A stretch of DNA of 63,103 nucleotides, the filler included. It is 6 parts of 6 records of this genome, joined end to end, with 100 filler letters (N's around TTAATTAATTAA, not from the genome) between each part and the next. Parts side by side here need not be neighbours in the genome. Positions count along the whole stretch, not along the records: positions 38,261 to 46,422 come from SRR31156797_5056; positions 46,523 to 57,187 come from SRR31156797_5060; 4 more parts are not named here. One strand, 5' to 3'. A model generated the notes under the pieces. It was not told where the DNA came from, ran no database searches, and saw only the letters and a program-made list of their open reading frames with translations. Shown here piece after piece: positions 40,474 through 51,526 of the stretch (its first letter is position 1; each line of letters opens with the position of its first letter). The position numbers and the translations under genes are program-made.

Positions 40474-41574
40474 TTGGAATCGACAAATGCTTCCCGCCTG
40501 GAATCGCTGATTGGCAGCTTCCATGCCAGCGACGACCCTTATTTACGCCACATTCCGCCGGAAGCCATTGCCTCGAAAACGGGGTTGAACGTACTTATTT
40601 ACGGCGATATGAACATCGCCGGCCAGTTGACCAGCGTTTTTCGCGCCTTGAATGCGCATACGCCTCATAAAGCCCGCTGCCTGATAGTACAGGACGATTA
40701 CCTGCAGTACGACCGCGACCTTATTATTCTGGACCAGGATCGCAATCAGGTTATCAATGATTTTTCGGAAATACATGAACTGGTTCAGAAGGCTGATTTT
40801 TTCCACATAGGCCGCCAACCCGTCAATCTTCCCGGTTTGAATTTTGACGGTATCATAAATGAAAACAACAGCCTGGTGCAGTATTTTGGTTCATATTTAC
40901 GTATGAATCACGAACGTTTGTTTTTGTGGCACATGAAAAACAACATATCCGCTCTTGTGGGGTACGGATGGGTGCTGGCCTACCCTCTGCCAAGGCGTTT
41001 TTATCATATCGAACAATTTTTCGATCCCACGCCTTTTGAGCGCGTTCCCAAGCTTAAACCTGGAGACAAGATTCGAGTGGTTCACGCTCCGACAAATCGG
41101 AGCATCAAGGGGACCGACCATTTTCTCGCGGTTATGAACAGACTGCAAAGCAGTTTTAACGTGGACGTGGATATCATAGAGGGCGTATCCAATTCGGCCT
41201 GTATGGAGCGCAAGGCAAAGGGGCACATCACTTTTGATGAAATGGGCACGCCTACTTTCGGCTTGAATACGCGTGAATCAATGGCTATCGGTCATGCCTG
41301 CCTTTCCAGCGTCAATCCCCACGTGTTGAGCTATCTGCCGGACCTGCCAGTGGTCAGGATTACACCGGAGACGCTGGAACCCCTGATGACGAGGCTGCTT
41401 TCGGATATCGAACTAATAAACAGAATCGGGGACATGTCATTGGAATTTGTCCGCCGGACCTATAATTCGAGATTGAATGCAATAAAACTGGGGCATCTTT
41501 ACGACGGCATTAATAAAGGTTTTTTTCATACAAATCCCGGATTGCCGGCCGGAATACCCGGTTATGGAGAATAA
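40474..41574 (+). CDS. Glycosyltransferase-like protein (GT-B/GT4-related)
   Basis: VVHAPTNRSIKGT; DEMG..FGLNTRESMAIG. Confidence 0.75.
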   Translation: MESTNASRLESLIGSFHASDDPYLRHIPPEAIASKTGLNVLIYGDMNIAGQLTSVFRALNAHTPHKARCLIVQDDYLQYDRDLIILDQDRNQVINDFSEIHELVQKADFFHIGRQPVNLPGLNFDGIINENNSLVQYFGSYLRMNHERLFLWHMKNNISALVGYGWVLAYPLPRRFYHIEQFFDPTPFERVPKLKPGDKIRVVHAPTNRSIKGTDHFLAVMNRLQSSFNVDVDIIEGVSNSACMERKAKGHITFDEMGTPTFGLNTRESMAIGHACLSSVNPHVLSYLPDLPVVRITPETLEPLMTRLLSDIELINRIGDMSLEFVRRTYNSRLNAIKLGHLYDGINKGFFHTNPGLPAGIPGYGE

Positions 41575-42238
41575 TGTGAAAACCATCTGGTCAGATGAAA
41601 AGTATGTCGACCATTATGACGTATCCGACGATCGGATCGAAAAAGTCGGCAGCGATCCGACATATGTATTTTTCAGACATGCCGTCGGCAGCCTGGCCCG
41701 TCCCGGGTGCAGTCTTTTGGATATAGGATGCGCGGCCGGATTCTTTTACGGGCTATTGATGAAATATAACCTGCAGATCGATTACACCGGAATCGACCTT
41801 ACGCCCGAACTAATAGAGCGCGCCAGGTCAAGGCATCCAGGAGCTCGTTTTGAAACAGCCTCCGCCGATTCGCTTCCATTTGGGGATGAATCTTTCGACC
41901 TGGTGATGTCCAAGGGGACCATGTTTGTGTTCGAAGATATTTACGCCGCGGTTAAAGAAGCATTACGCGTGTGCAAAGGCGCGGCCGTGATGGATTTGAT
42001 ATTAAATGCTCCGGGGTTGGGCGGCGAAGTAGTTGACACTCCGGATCGAGGCAGAATCAATCTGCTGGGACCGGACGACAAGGACAGGCTGCTGGAATAT
42101 CTGAGTCCGCACAAAGTTGACGTGGATTACCTCAGTTTGGGCTTATGGTCGCAGAACAGCAATGGTATGCACCCGGCCTATCGCGGCATGAGCAGCGTCC
42201 GGCACCTTGTGCTGACCATAAGGAAAAATGGATCATGA
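41564..42238 (+). CDS. Class I SAM-dependent methyltransferase
   Basis: LLDIGCAAG, GIDLT, LPFGDESFDLV. Confidence 0.9.
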   Translation: MENNVKTIWSDEKYVDHYDVSDDRIEKVGSDPTYVFFRHAVGSLARPGCSLLDIGCAAGFFYGLLMKYNLQIDYTGIDLTPELIERARSRHPGARFETASADSLPFGDESFDLVMSKGTMFVFEDIYAAVKEALRVCKGAAVMDLILNAPGLGGEVVDTPDRGRINLLGPDDKDRLLEYLSPHKVDVDYLSLGLWSQNSNGMHPAYRGMSSVRHLVLTIRKNGS

Positions 42239-43221
42239 AAGCAGCAATACTGGCGCAGTCGAACTACTATGGTTTGGTAGGCTCCCTGGAAGCCGGTCTC
42301 AACCGCCTTGAAGACGTTGAGGCCCGGGCGATCATTTACGAGCCGTCAAAATTCTATCCGGATCCGTGCGTCCCGCTTTCTAGCCTGGATCCGAAAGAAC
42401 TGCCTGAAGTCATACAATACATACAGGCCGCGGACGTAGTCCATATATTCAATAAGGGATTTAATCTTCAGGAACTCGATCAAAACGGAAACCTGGTCAG
42501 GAACGCTAATATTGAAGGCAGTTTGAAGCCCGGGTCCCTTCTTTATACTTATACTCCGGACTTTTTCAATGAAAACTGGCACAAGATTTTTTTCAGGCAT
42601 TACCGTCAGAATATTCCGGCAACGTGCTGGCCGGTCAATCCTTATAGTCAGTTTTGCCCCCTGCCCCTTATACATATACCGCCGGTTCTGGACCTGGAGC
42701 ATATGTCAAAACCGGTCTTAAGGAAAAATAACGGTCGCGCTGCGGCGGCAGTCAGCACTCATTACGGGGACAGGCATCATATTGAAGGCATTATCAGCAG
42801 CCTGATGTCGGTTCGGGGACGGGCCGACTTTTCAATTAACTGGCTGGAGAATCTGAAAAGGGAAGACTACCTGATTGAACTGGAAAGTACGGACATATTC
42901 ATTGATTCATTCAGGTTCACCGGTTTGACGCCCATGGCTTTGGAAGCCATGTCAAAGGGCGTTACAGTAGTAAGCAATGTAACCGGGCTTGATATGACGC
43001 TTTACGCCGGCGCCCCGATAGTTCCGGCCCGTGTGAATGAAATCGGCGATGTGATTGCGGGCCTGGTAATGGACAGGGATAAGTTGAACGCCAGGGGAAA
43101 AGCATCGGCTGAGTGGATAGCAGACAATATGAAGCCGGAGGAAGCCGTGCTGAAATGGCTCAACCTTTACCGGCACGTAATAAACGGAGGCGAAGAGCTT
43201 AACAATAATGGACATTATTGA
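42235..43221 (+). CDS. Glycosyltransferase-like protein (GT4-related, divergent paralog)
   Basis: DIFIDSF...ALEAMSKG; ATGA overlap with upstream gene. Confidence 0.65.
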   Translation: MKAAILAQSNYYGLVGSLEAGLNRLEDVEARAIIYEPSKFYPDPCVPLSSLDPKELPEVIQYIQAADVVHIFNKGFNLQELDQNGNLVRNANIEGSLKPGSLLYTYTPDFFNENWHKIFFRHYRQNIPATCWPVNPYSQFCPLPLIHIPPVLDLEHMSKPVLRKNNGRAAAAVSTHYGDRHHIEGIISSLMSVRGRADFSINWLENLKREDYLIELESTDIFIDSFRFTGLTPMALEAMSKGVTVVSNVTGLDMTLYAGAPIVPARVNEIGDVIAGLVMDRDKLNARGKASAEWIADNMKPEEAVLKWLNLYRHVINGGEELNNNGHY

Positions 43222-43963
43222 TATTCACGTTCATATCGGGTACTGGCAACTTTCGGACTTACAGGGCGTGGGAACCACGGTGAAAGAATACGACCGGCTA
43301 AGGCGCGAGTGGAATATCGCCGGCGTCGCAGTGACTACAACGGACGGGCCTGAGGATTGCCTAACCAGAAACAGGCAGTTGATGAACCTGGTAAAAGATC
43401 GCCCCGAGTATTACTTTTTTCCCTGGATAAGGATCCAGGAGCCGGGCGTTTTAGATTTTGTCATGGAAAACAGGGAGCACGTGCGAGGTTTTAAAGTGCA
43501 TCCGGCCCTTGATAAAGTTCCGTTTGACGATCCGGCTTTTGAAGCTTTGTCAATTGCGGCCGGGGAACTTGGGGTTCCGATTCTTGTCCACTGCGGCGCC
43601 TGGAAGGAAATGACTTCCTATGAAAAAGTATTGCCGGCGGCTCAACGCCACCCGGAAGTCGACTATATAATGGCCCACGCCACCGGCGGCAGCTTTGTGG
43701 AAAGAACAGCGGGAATCAGGCATTTGGCGGAACTGAAGCTTGATAATGTGTATGTTGATATAACAGGCACTTTCAGGTGGAAGACGCTGCAGCGGATAAT
43801 TGAAGACATAGGCCCGGATAAAGTTCTTTTCGGGAGCGACTATGCGCTTGGGCATCCACATATGTACAGGGCCTTGATGGAAGTCTTATACTTGTCGCCG
43901 GAAGATAGGGAAAATATTTTTTCAGGGAACAGCCTGCGGCTGTTATCAAGGAAGCGCGATTAA
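43208..43963 (+). CDS. Amidohydrolase family metal-dependent hydrolase
   Basis: DIHVH, GFKVHP, LVHCG, MAH, LFGSDY. Confidence 0.9.
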   Translation: MDIIDIHVHIGYWQLSDLQGVGTTVKEYDRLRREWNIAGVAVTTTDGPEDCLTRNRQLMNLVKDRPEYYFFPWIRIQEPGVLDFVMENREHVRGFKVHPALDKVPFDDPAFEALSIAAGELGVPILVHCGAWKEMTSYEKVLPAAQRHPEVDYIMAHATGGSFVERTAGIRHLAELKLDNVYVDITGTFRWKTLQRIIEDIGPDKVLFGSDYALGHPHMYRALMEVLYLSPEDRENIFSGNSLRLLSRKRD

Positions 43964-43976
43964 ACAGGTAAGAAGT

Positions 43977-44837
43977 ATGGCCAATAGAACATCGGTTGCA
44001 TCATTTTTTAATGAAAACGCAAAACAGCCGACTCTTGCTGACGGTTTGACGGATGTGGACTGCCCCTTGTGCGGAGGAACTGAAAAAAGGCCGCTGATCA
44101 AGAAATCGGGTTACCAGTTGTCAACCTGCCGGGAGTGCGGGCTTGTATATCAAACACCGCGCATGACGGATGCAGCCAGGCGGGCCGCCTGGTCGGGCAA
44201 GCCTAATGCCGCCGGGAAAAGCTTTCTTGAGCACTATCAGGCCGGAGTCCCCTGGCGCAACGTTTTGGCCGAAAAAAGACTGGCAACGCTGGCCATGAAA
44301 GGCTTTAAATCGGGCAGCATGCTGGACGTAGGGTGTGCGACCGGCGTCTTTTTGAATATTGCCAGGCAGAAGGGATTTGAGGTTACAGGCTCTGACGTGA
44401 GCCCGGAACTGGCGGAGTTCGGTCGAAGAACTTATGGCCTGGATATTTTTCAAGGCGACATTCTGGAGACCGATTTCGAAGGAAGAAAGTTTGATGTGAT
44501 CACGGCGTTCGACGTTTTCAGCTCCCTGAGCCGCCCGCTTGAAAGTCTGGAGGCGTTGCGAAAGTTGCTTAAGCCGGACGGCATGCTCTGGCTGACAGCA
44601 AGCTGCGCCAATGTAGGTCTTTTGTTTTTCAAGGAAGCCAATCCCTTTAATTTTTACGTAAACGCGAAAACCATGAAAAAATTCCTGGAAAGATCAGGTT
44701 TTGGAGATAGCACGGTCAAGGTGATTGTCAAGAACGCCAACATGCCCGAGCTCCACGGGTGGATAAAAAACCTGTTTCCCATCCCGCTCGTAAATTCTGT
44801 TTTCAAGAAAATGGTAGAGGCTTTCGCCCGGCCTTAG
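43977..44837 (+). CDS. Class I SAM methyltransferase with N-terminal Zn ribbon
   Basis: CPLC...CREC; LDVGCATG; FDVIT; LKPDG. Confidence 0.9.
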   Translation: MANRTSVASFFNENAKQPTLADGLTDVDCPLCGGTEKRPLIKKSGYQLSTCRECGLVYQTPRMTDAARRAAWSGKPNAAGKSFLEHYQAGVPWRNVLAEKRLATLAMKGFKSGSMLDVGCATGVFLNIARQKGFEVTGSDVSPELAEFGRRTYGLDIFQGDILETDFEGRKFDVITAFDVFSSLSRPLESLEALRKLLKPDGMLWLTASCANVGLLFFKEANPFNFYVNAKTMKKFLERSGFGDSTVKVIVKNANMPELHGWIKNLFPIPLVNSVFKKMVEAFARP

Positions 44838-44908
44838 GGTCGTTTTCAGGTATATTTTGATTTACGGGACGGGACATAAGAAGCAGAGACAGGTTGAGGA
44901 GTTTTAAA

Positions 44909-46048
44909 ATGATCAGTGCATTAATCACAGGCATTTCGGGGACCAACACCGGAACCCAAATCCTAAACGCAATGCTCCGGCTTCCCGAGAGATACCGCCT
45001 TGTGGGAACGGACATTCAACCTCACTGCTACGGCTCCTTGAAGCTCGAGTCGTTCCATGTCGTGCCTCCGGCCAAATCGCCCGAATATATCCAGGTAATT
45101 CTTGACCTCTGCAGGAAGGAGCGGATCGATTTCATAATTCCCGGTTCCGAGCCGGAACTCAAGGTTGTATCGAAAAACCAGCAGGTATTCCTGGATAACG
45201 GGGTCGAACCGATCGTCAATAACAGCCGTACTATTGACATGTGCACCAACAAATATGAGTTAGTCAAGTTTCTGAATGAGAACAATCTGCCTTTTCCGAA
45301 AACGATTATTCTTGAAACAGACCGGGACCGGGAAAAAGTTGTAAGCGAAATAATGGAGCGCCTTCGCTTTCCTTTAATTTTAAAGCCGTATCTTGATTCC
45401 GGTGGTTCGAACAATTTGTTTTTGGTCCAGTCTGAAGAAGAGCTTTCATTTTATGTCGGGTTTTTCAGGAAAAACGAAAAGATCCCCATGATAGTCCAGG
45501 AATACGAGGGGAGTCCCGATGAGGAATACACGGTCGGCGTCATGTCGGATGCTTCCGGACGGGCCTTTTCCTGTTTTGTACTGAAACGCCTGATTAATTC
45601 CACCATTTCAATAAAAACCCGGACGCCTAATCTTTGCCGCGATAGAATAAAAACCGACTATCTGACGATATCCAGCGGCGTCAGCCAGGGTTGGGTGATC
45701 GAGTCCGATGAAATAAGGGATTTTGCCATCGAACTGGCGGACAGGGTCGGATCGACCGGTCCCTTGAACATTCAATGTCGCCGGACCGATAAAGGCATTA
45801 TTGTATTTGAAATAAATCCCCGTTTCAGCGGGACTACATCAATCCGGGCCCTTTGCGGCCATAACGACCCTGACATTATCATACAGAATCGCATCGGGCG
45901 GCTGCCTTCCCAACAAGTGCCATATAAAACAGGGTTGGTGGTCAGGAGCCTGGAGAACAGTTTTCTTGAAGGAATTGCGCCGGAATCAGAGCAAAAAATT
46001 CAACCGGCGTCAAAGGATGTCAACAATGAATCGACATACCCCGCTTAA
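44909..46048 (+). CDS. ATP-grasp ligase (CarB-like, glycan-locus type)
   Basis: IPGSEPE, ILKP..SGGS, VQEY, EEYTV, FEINPRFSG. Confidence 0.88.
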   Translation: MISALITGISGTNTGTQILNAMLRLPERYRLVGTDIQPHCYGSLKLESFHVVPPAKSPEYIQVILDLCRKERIDFIIPGSEPELKVVSKNQQVFLDNGVEPIVNNSRTIDMCTNKYELVKFLNENNLPFPKTIILETDRDREKVVSEIMERLRFPLILKPYLDSGGSNNLFLVQSEEELSFYVGFFRKNEKIPMIVQEYEGSPDEEYTVGVMSDASGRAFSCFVLKRLINSTISIKTRTPNLCRDRIKTDYLTISSGVSQGWVIESDEIRDFAIELADRVGSTGPLNIQCRRTDKGIIVFEINPRFSGTTSIRALCGHNDPDIIIQNRIGRLPSQQVPYKTGLVVRSLENSFLEGIAPESEQKIQPASKDVNNESTYPA

Positions 46049-46422
46049 ATATTTGAAGCTGGAATTAGGATCCCAATTAGAGAGATTCAAATATGCCTTG
46101 GCCACGACCAAGGGCTGGAGCTACTGCCCTTTTCCTCCCCGGAAAATAGCCATTGAGCCTTCATCTTTCTGCAACCTGCGCTGTATTCATTGCGCTCACG
46201 GGGATTCGGCCGAAGGCGTGAGCCGAATGACCAGGCCTAAATCCAATATGAGCCTGGATATGTTTAAAAAAATCACGGATGAAGCTTCACGTTTCAGGAA
46301 CAGGACCAAATTTGTTTTCGCCATGATGGGCGAACCATTAATGAATAAAAAAATGGTCGAAATGATCGCTTACGCCCATAAGAAAGGCGTCTGGACCCAG
46401 TTGAACACCAATGCTGTTTTAC
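46017..46422 (+). CDS. Radical SAM protein (3' truncated)
   Basis: IEPSSFCNLRCIHC (CxxxCxxC), GEPL, TNA. Confidence 0.88.
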
Positions 46423-46522
46423 NNNNNNNNNNNNNNNNNNNNNNNNNNNNNNNNNNNNNNNNNNNNTTAATTAATTAANNNNNNNNNNNNNNNNNNNNNN
46501 NNNNNNNNNNNNNNNNNNNNNN
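46423..46522. other. Artificial contig linker
   Basis: N-run, TTAATTAATTAA, N-run. Confidence 0.99.
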
Positions 46523-47696
46523 CGCCGATACCGTTCAACATGCGGGTACCGCCTGCATGGGTGGAGTTGGCATGAGCATACATATCAAATTCAAGCGGCG
46601 TGTTCATGGCGATAACGCCAAGACGACGGATAAGTTCCGGATTGTTGGAAATCTGCTGCGGGCGCATCAGAACCATTTCCTTATATTTATCGAATTTCTC
46701 CCACCACTCGACAAATGCCTCGTTGGACAGCGATAATGAAGTACAATTGATATAATCGCATTTGCCCGAATCAAGGAAAGGCAGGAACGTGTCCTGGAGA
46801 ACCTCGGTAAAAACGGTTAAATTTTCAAAAGGACTGGCGGTCAGACCCCCGACAACGGCATTGGCAATTGAGCCCACACCGGATTGCAGGGGAAGCAGGT
46901 TCTTGGGCAGACGACCTGCCTTCACTTCAACCTTAAAAAAATCAACGATGTTGTCGGCAATTGCCTGGGCAACATCGTCGGTGCCGCGCAGCGCACGCCC
47001 ATTGTCGGGCATCTTGGATTCTACAATGGCGACAATCTTGCTCTTGTTGGTGGGGACCCAAGGCGTACCAATACGCTGACGTGAATCAGTAATCGGAATA
47101 ATTTTCCGATCTGGAGGCAGGTCAGTCATGGTAATATCGTGCATGCCTTCGAAAGAGGGCAGACCGGTATTGATTTCGACAATGATCTTGTCTGCGACAT
47201 CAATGATTTCAGGCGCGGCGCCCACGGCACCGGAAAGAATGATGTCCCCATTCTCTGTAATGGCAGATGCTTCGATAACCGCCATGTCGAGCCCGCCGCC
47301 TTGTTCCAAGGTGTAAAAGCCGTATTTCAGATCCTGAGGAAACATGGAAAGGTGCTTGTCACCCATGCGAATCTGGCCTTTGTTAATACCTATGCCCAGG
47401 TTTTTACCTGTCTGGTAAGGCCAGCGACGATCAATCATGTTTAATGTGGCCATGCGGTCCTCAACCTCGGCACCGACAGAAGCGCCGATAAACAGGTTGA
47501 GTCTTAACTTGCCTTGCAGATTGTTTTCCTCAACGTGGTCACACAGCGCAATGGGTACAACTTTCGGATAGCCGACCGGGGTAAATCCGGACATGCCGAC
47601 ATTCATGCCATCTTTAAAGAATTGAACACACTCTTCAGGGGTTTTTACCTTGCTGAGCAGCTCTTTACAACGTACGCGTTCCTCTAATATAGACAT
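46523..47696 (-). CDS. Acetyl-CoA hydrolase/succinyl-CoA:acetate CoA-transferase (3' truncated)
   Basis: SGFTPVGYPK, DKHLS, QSGVGSIANAV, catalytic TEVLQD, SNNPE, MLNGIG. Confidence 0.93.
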
Positions 47697-47857
47697 ACGC
47701 TCTCTTTCTCCTTACATTGAATTTTACTTATGGGTATCGAAGAGATCCCCCACTCAAGCAGTCTTAACACATTGACCACTTAATTAAACACCGGGGAACC
47801 GCGCCAGTTAAAAGGCCATACCGAAACAGGGTTTCAATAAATTAATACTAGGGAAGG

Positions 47858-47887
47858 GTTATATAATGCGTCAGCAAGTAGAGTCAA
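47858..47887 (-). promoter_or_regulatory. Possible sigma70 promoter for the CoA transferase
   Basis: Minus strand TTGACT then TATATAAC at 16-18 nt spacing. Confidence 0.4.
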
Positions 47888-48298
47888 GAAAAAATTTTTT
47901 GACTCTTTCGTGAAAAGAACAGGGTTTTATAAAAAAGTTATGATAGCCTAAGCCGACCCTTCGTTTTTTGTTGTGGACCCCAGATACGATAAAAAATGAG
48001 ATCCGTGCGTCGCTGTAATTAAAAAATAAATTGAATCTTAACTTTTTTTCAGCCCATTTCTTCAAAGTAGGGTTACGTTTATCCAAAATATCAAATGGTT
48101 ATATTTTTACTATGGCACTACTTTTGTTTTTCTTTATTATGAATATTTTATCAGCTGATTCGAATTTTCAACTATTCTAAAATTTGCGTTGTTACTGTTT
48201 TTGCAGTATATTGTCGGTATTTTTTCGAAAAGACGGGTTAGACTGAAAATAAATTCATGCAGTTCGCTTTCCTAAAAAAGTATAGTATTGGAGAAACG

Positions 48299-49570
48299 AT
48301 GGCGGAAAAAAATTCAAACCGGTTTCTAAGCTTTACCCAAGAGAACCATCCGGACGAACAAAACAATGAACACGTCAGCCTGGAAAAAAACTTCAAGACG
48401 TTGACGGATACGCTGCCCATTGGCATTCTTTTAACTTCAGTAGGAGGTAAAATAATTAACCTCAACCCCGAAGGTCTTCATATATTAGGTTACAGTTCTG
48501 TTGAGGACCTTTCCCACATCCCTATTCAAGCATTGTATTACAATAAAAAAGACCGGGAAATTTTCTTAAAAAAGATGGAATCCGGGAGAGTCAGGGATCT
48601 TGAAATGTGCTTTAAGAGGTCCGATGGCAGCGCAATTTGGTGCTCCATGTCTTCTGTAATTCAGGAAGACAGCCCCCAAGAGCGTTATTTTATCACCTCG
48701 CTTCTGGATATTTCCAAAAGAAAAGAAATGGAGCAAGAAAAATCCGACCTTTTAATCCAGTTAACCCAGACCGATAAGTTAGCCTCCATCGGGCAGCTTG
48801 CAGCCGGCATCGCCCACGAAATCAATAATCCGGTGGGATATGTCACCAGTAACCTGAACTCCCTGGAAGAGTACCTGTCCGATATTCGAAAGCTCATCGA
48901 ACTGGATCGAACCCTGATCAAAGGTCTGGATGAAATCACTCTCCCAGAAGCGTTGGCAAAAATGACGAAAAAAAGCCATGAATACGCCCAGGAGATTGAC
49001 CTTGATTTTCTTCAGGAAGATATGGATGAGCTCATAAAAGATTGCATTGACGGACTGGACCGAATCAAAAAAATAGTCATAGATTTAAAGGACTTTGCCC
49101 ACCCCGGTCAGAAAGATATTGAACCGGTAGATATCAATGTCTGTATTGAAACCACCCTGAATGTGGCGGCCAATGAGTTAAAGTATAAAACGACGATGCA
49201 TAAAGACTTAGGAATTATTCCCCTAATCAGCGGCATCCCCCAGCAACTCAACCAGGTTTTTTTAAACATTCTGGTAAACGCAGCCCAGGCCATTGAAAAA
49301 AAAGGTGAAATCAGAATCAAGACATGGCAAAAACGCAACGACGTCATTCTTACAATTTCAGATACCGGCTGTGGCATAGACCCGAAAAATATATCTAAAA
49401 TTTTTGATCCCTTTTTCACCACAAAAGAGGTGGGTAAAGGCACGGGGTTAGGTATGAATATCGCTTATAATATCATTCAGCAGCATGGCGGCACCATTGC
49501 CGTGGAAAGTGAACAAGGCAAAGGAACAACATTTACCATCAGCCTGCCCGTTTCCGAAGACACAGAATAA
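48299..49570 (+). CDS. PAS sensor histidine kinase (NtrB-like)
   Basis: PAS/PAC; AHEINNP, NILVNA, DTGCG, FDPFFTTK, GTGLG; start may be 48257. Confidence 0.92.
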   Translation: MAEKNSNRFLSFTQENHPDEQNNEHVSLEKNFKTLTDTLPIGILLTSVGGKIINLNPEGLHILGYSSVEDLSHIPIQALYYNKKDREIFLKKMESGRVRDLEMCFKRSDGSAIWCSMSSVIQEDSPQERYFITSLLDISKRKEMEQEKSDLLIQLTQTDKLASIGQLAAGIAHEINNPVGYVTSNLNSLEEYLSDIRKLIELDRTLIKGLDEITLPEALAKMTKKSHEYAQEIDLDFLQEDMDELIKDCIDGLDRIKKIVIDLKDFAHPGQKDIEPVDINVCIETTLNVAANELKYKTTMHKDLGIIPLISGIPQQLNQVFLNILVNAAQAIEKKGEIRIKTWQKRNDVILTISDTGCGIDPKNISKIFDPFFTTKEVGKGTGLGMNIAYNIIQQHGGTIAVESEQGKGTTFTISLPVSEDTE

Positions 49571-50384
49571 ACCCTTTACCGAAAAAACGTCCGGTCAAAG
49601 CAGACAGCGTCAGAATATATACCTGATTATCTACCCTTAGATCGAACGTAACCTGGCTGGTTTGCGATTCAAACGCAGGTAATAAATTGTTCATCACATC
49701 TTTGGAAAAATAATCCGCCAAAGAATTTCCCACCGTGATCATGCGGTCGTTTATTTTTAATTTTTCAGCCTGCCGGTTGATCAGTATAATTGTCTGGTCA
49801 TAACTTACGCCCATAACTGCCGCAGGTAGTTCATGGAAAAGCACCCGTGTCAGCTCAAGGGCTTGGTTCTGGAGTTCCAGTTCTCTTGTCCGCTGCTTGA
49901 TAATACCCTCAAGGTCCTTATTAATTTGTTCCAGCTCTTTATTCTTTGCGGCTACCATAAGGTGCAGGGACTGATTTGACTGAAGAAGATCATATCGTTC
50001 AAGGGCCTTTCTGATTTCCTGCTTGAGATCGTCATCATTCCATGGTTTTAAAAGGAACTTGTAAATATGGCCCTCATTTATTGATGCTTTAATGGAGTCT
50101 ATTTCAGTATACCCGGTTAAAAGGATTCTTATGGTTTCCGGGTGAGATTCCCGGACCTTGGCAAGAAATGAAATTCCTGACATATCAGGCATCCGGTGAT
50201 CTGAAACAACCAGGTGAATGTTCCGGGATGCCAGGATATTTAATCCATCTTCCCCATTTGTTGCAGTCAACAAATCAAACTTTTCTTTTCGCAGCAAACG
50301 CTTTAAAGAGGAAAGAATTTGTTTTTCATCATCAACACAAAGTATCGTGTGCTTTGGCGTACTCTCCATCACCTGATGCTCCAT
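49539..50384 (-). CDS. Response regulator (REC, coiled coil, PAS-like tail)
   Basis: CVDDE, SDHRMP, LLTG, KPW. Confidence 0.88.
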   Translation of the reverse strand: MEHQVMESTPKHTILCVDDEKQILSSLKRLLRKEKFDLLTATNGEDGLNILASRNIHLVVSDHRMPDMSGISFLAKVRESHPETIRILLTGYTEIDSIKASINEGHIYKFLLKPWNDDDLKQEIRKALERYDLLQSNQSLHLMVAAKNKELEQINKDLEGIIKQRTRELELQNQALELTRVLFHELPAAVMGVSYDQTIILINRQAEKLKINDRMITVGNSLADYFSKDVMNNLLPAFESQTSQVTFDLRVDNQVYILTLSALTGRFFGKGFILCLRKRAG

Positions 50385-50490
50385 TCCGTTTAAAAAATTG
50401 ACATGAAAATCTCAATAAGTTTCTAAATTACTCTCATTTACGTTGTGGGTTGCGTCTGGGGTGTTGTTAGATTAGGCCAGCCTGTGATTG

Positions 50491-51372
50491 TTATAAAAAA
50501 AACGCACATGCATCATCAATCAAGAGCTCAACCGTGGGAAACCAATTAGGCACCGTTTCAATCCAAACATTCAACCGTTTTCTGGCATAGGGATCAAAAT
50601 ATGCATACTTAATATTTCCCGGAGATCTGTTGTTGTTCAAAAAATCCGGATAATAGCTGTTAATAATACCATTCGCCGTATTTATGATGATGCTTTCATT
50701 GAAGAAAGTCGCGCCGGGTTGAACGGCATGATGAGAATAGACTGTATTGGCCAGATGCGCTGGAATCCCCCATTTTTTTATAATAAAATATCCGACTTCG
50801 GAATGACAGGCCGGCAATATTTTTTTTTCTGCGTCCAAATAAACCAGATTATTTTGACGGGCATGTTCAATCACCTGAATAAAATCATCGGGGAAATAAT
50901 GCGCCAGCATCAGTTTCCCCATGTCATGGAGTAATCCACAGACAAAACATTTTTCAGGATCTCCAACCGTGGTCTTTTCCGCCAGATATCGGCTAAGAAC
51001 CGCAACGCCAACGGAATGCCGCCAGAAACGGTCAACGTTAAAATGCGCATTTGATTTTTTTTCAAACAAATGATCCATAATATTAAAGGTTGAAAGGGAT
51101 AGGACAATATTTCGTATGGCGTCGAATCCCAAAACAATGGCGGCCTCATTGGTGGTTGAAATTTTTTCCCTTAATCCGAAAAAAGCGGAATTTACCAGCT
51201 GAAGCATTTTAAACACAATGGCCTGATCCTTTTCAAGCACTCTGGATAAAGAATCATTTGTTGTGTTTGGATCATTGAGCATTTCATTTACTTTTGTTAC
51301 AATCGACGGCAAAGAAGGCAAATCCCGAATCTTTCCAAATCGTTTTAGAAATTCTGCTTTTGTTTTATTCAA
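50491..51372 (-). CDS. HDOD-domain signalling protein
   Basis: LPSLP, VNSAFFG, FWRHS, GLLHDMGK. Confidence 0.92.
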   Translation of the reverse strand: MNKTKAEFLKRFGKIRDLPSLPSIVTKVNEMLNDPNTTNDSLSRVLEKDQAIVFKMLQLVNSAFFGLREKISTTNEAAIVLGFDAIRNIVLSLSTFNIMDHLFEKKSNAHFNVDRFWRHSVGVAVLSRYLAEKTTVGDPEKCFVCGLLHDMGKLMLAHYFPDDFIQVIEHARQNNLVYLDAEKKILPACHSEVGYFIIKKWGIPAHLANTVYSHHAVQPGATFFNESIIINTANGIINSYYPDFLNNNRSPGNIKYAYFDPYARKRLNVWIETVPNWFPTVELLIDDACAFFL

Positions 51373-51526
51373 TAGGGGTGCCTCTAAAAACTTATTACTG
51401 AGTATTCAAACAAATTTTAGATAAATAATATTGAAAATATGACATTAATCGCAATTTTTGTAAAGTATGCATCATTCGCTTTAAGCCGCCTCTTGACATT
51501 AACTTTTTGATACGGAAACCATTTCT

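Noticed and set aside
46017..47696. Link between the radical SAM cluster and the CoA transferase
   Set aside because: Separated by an artificial linker; different contigs
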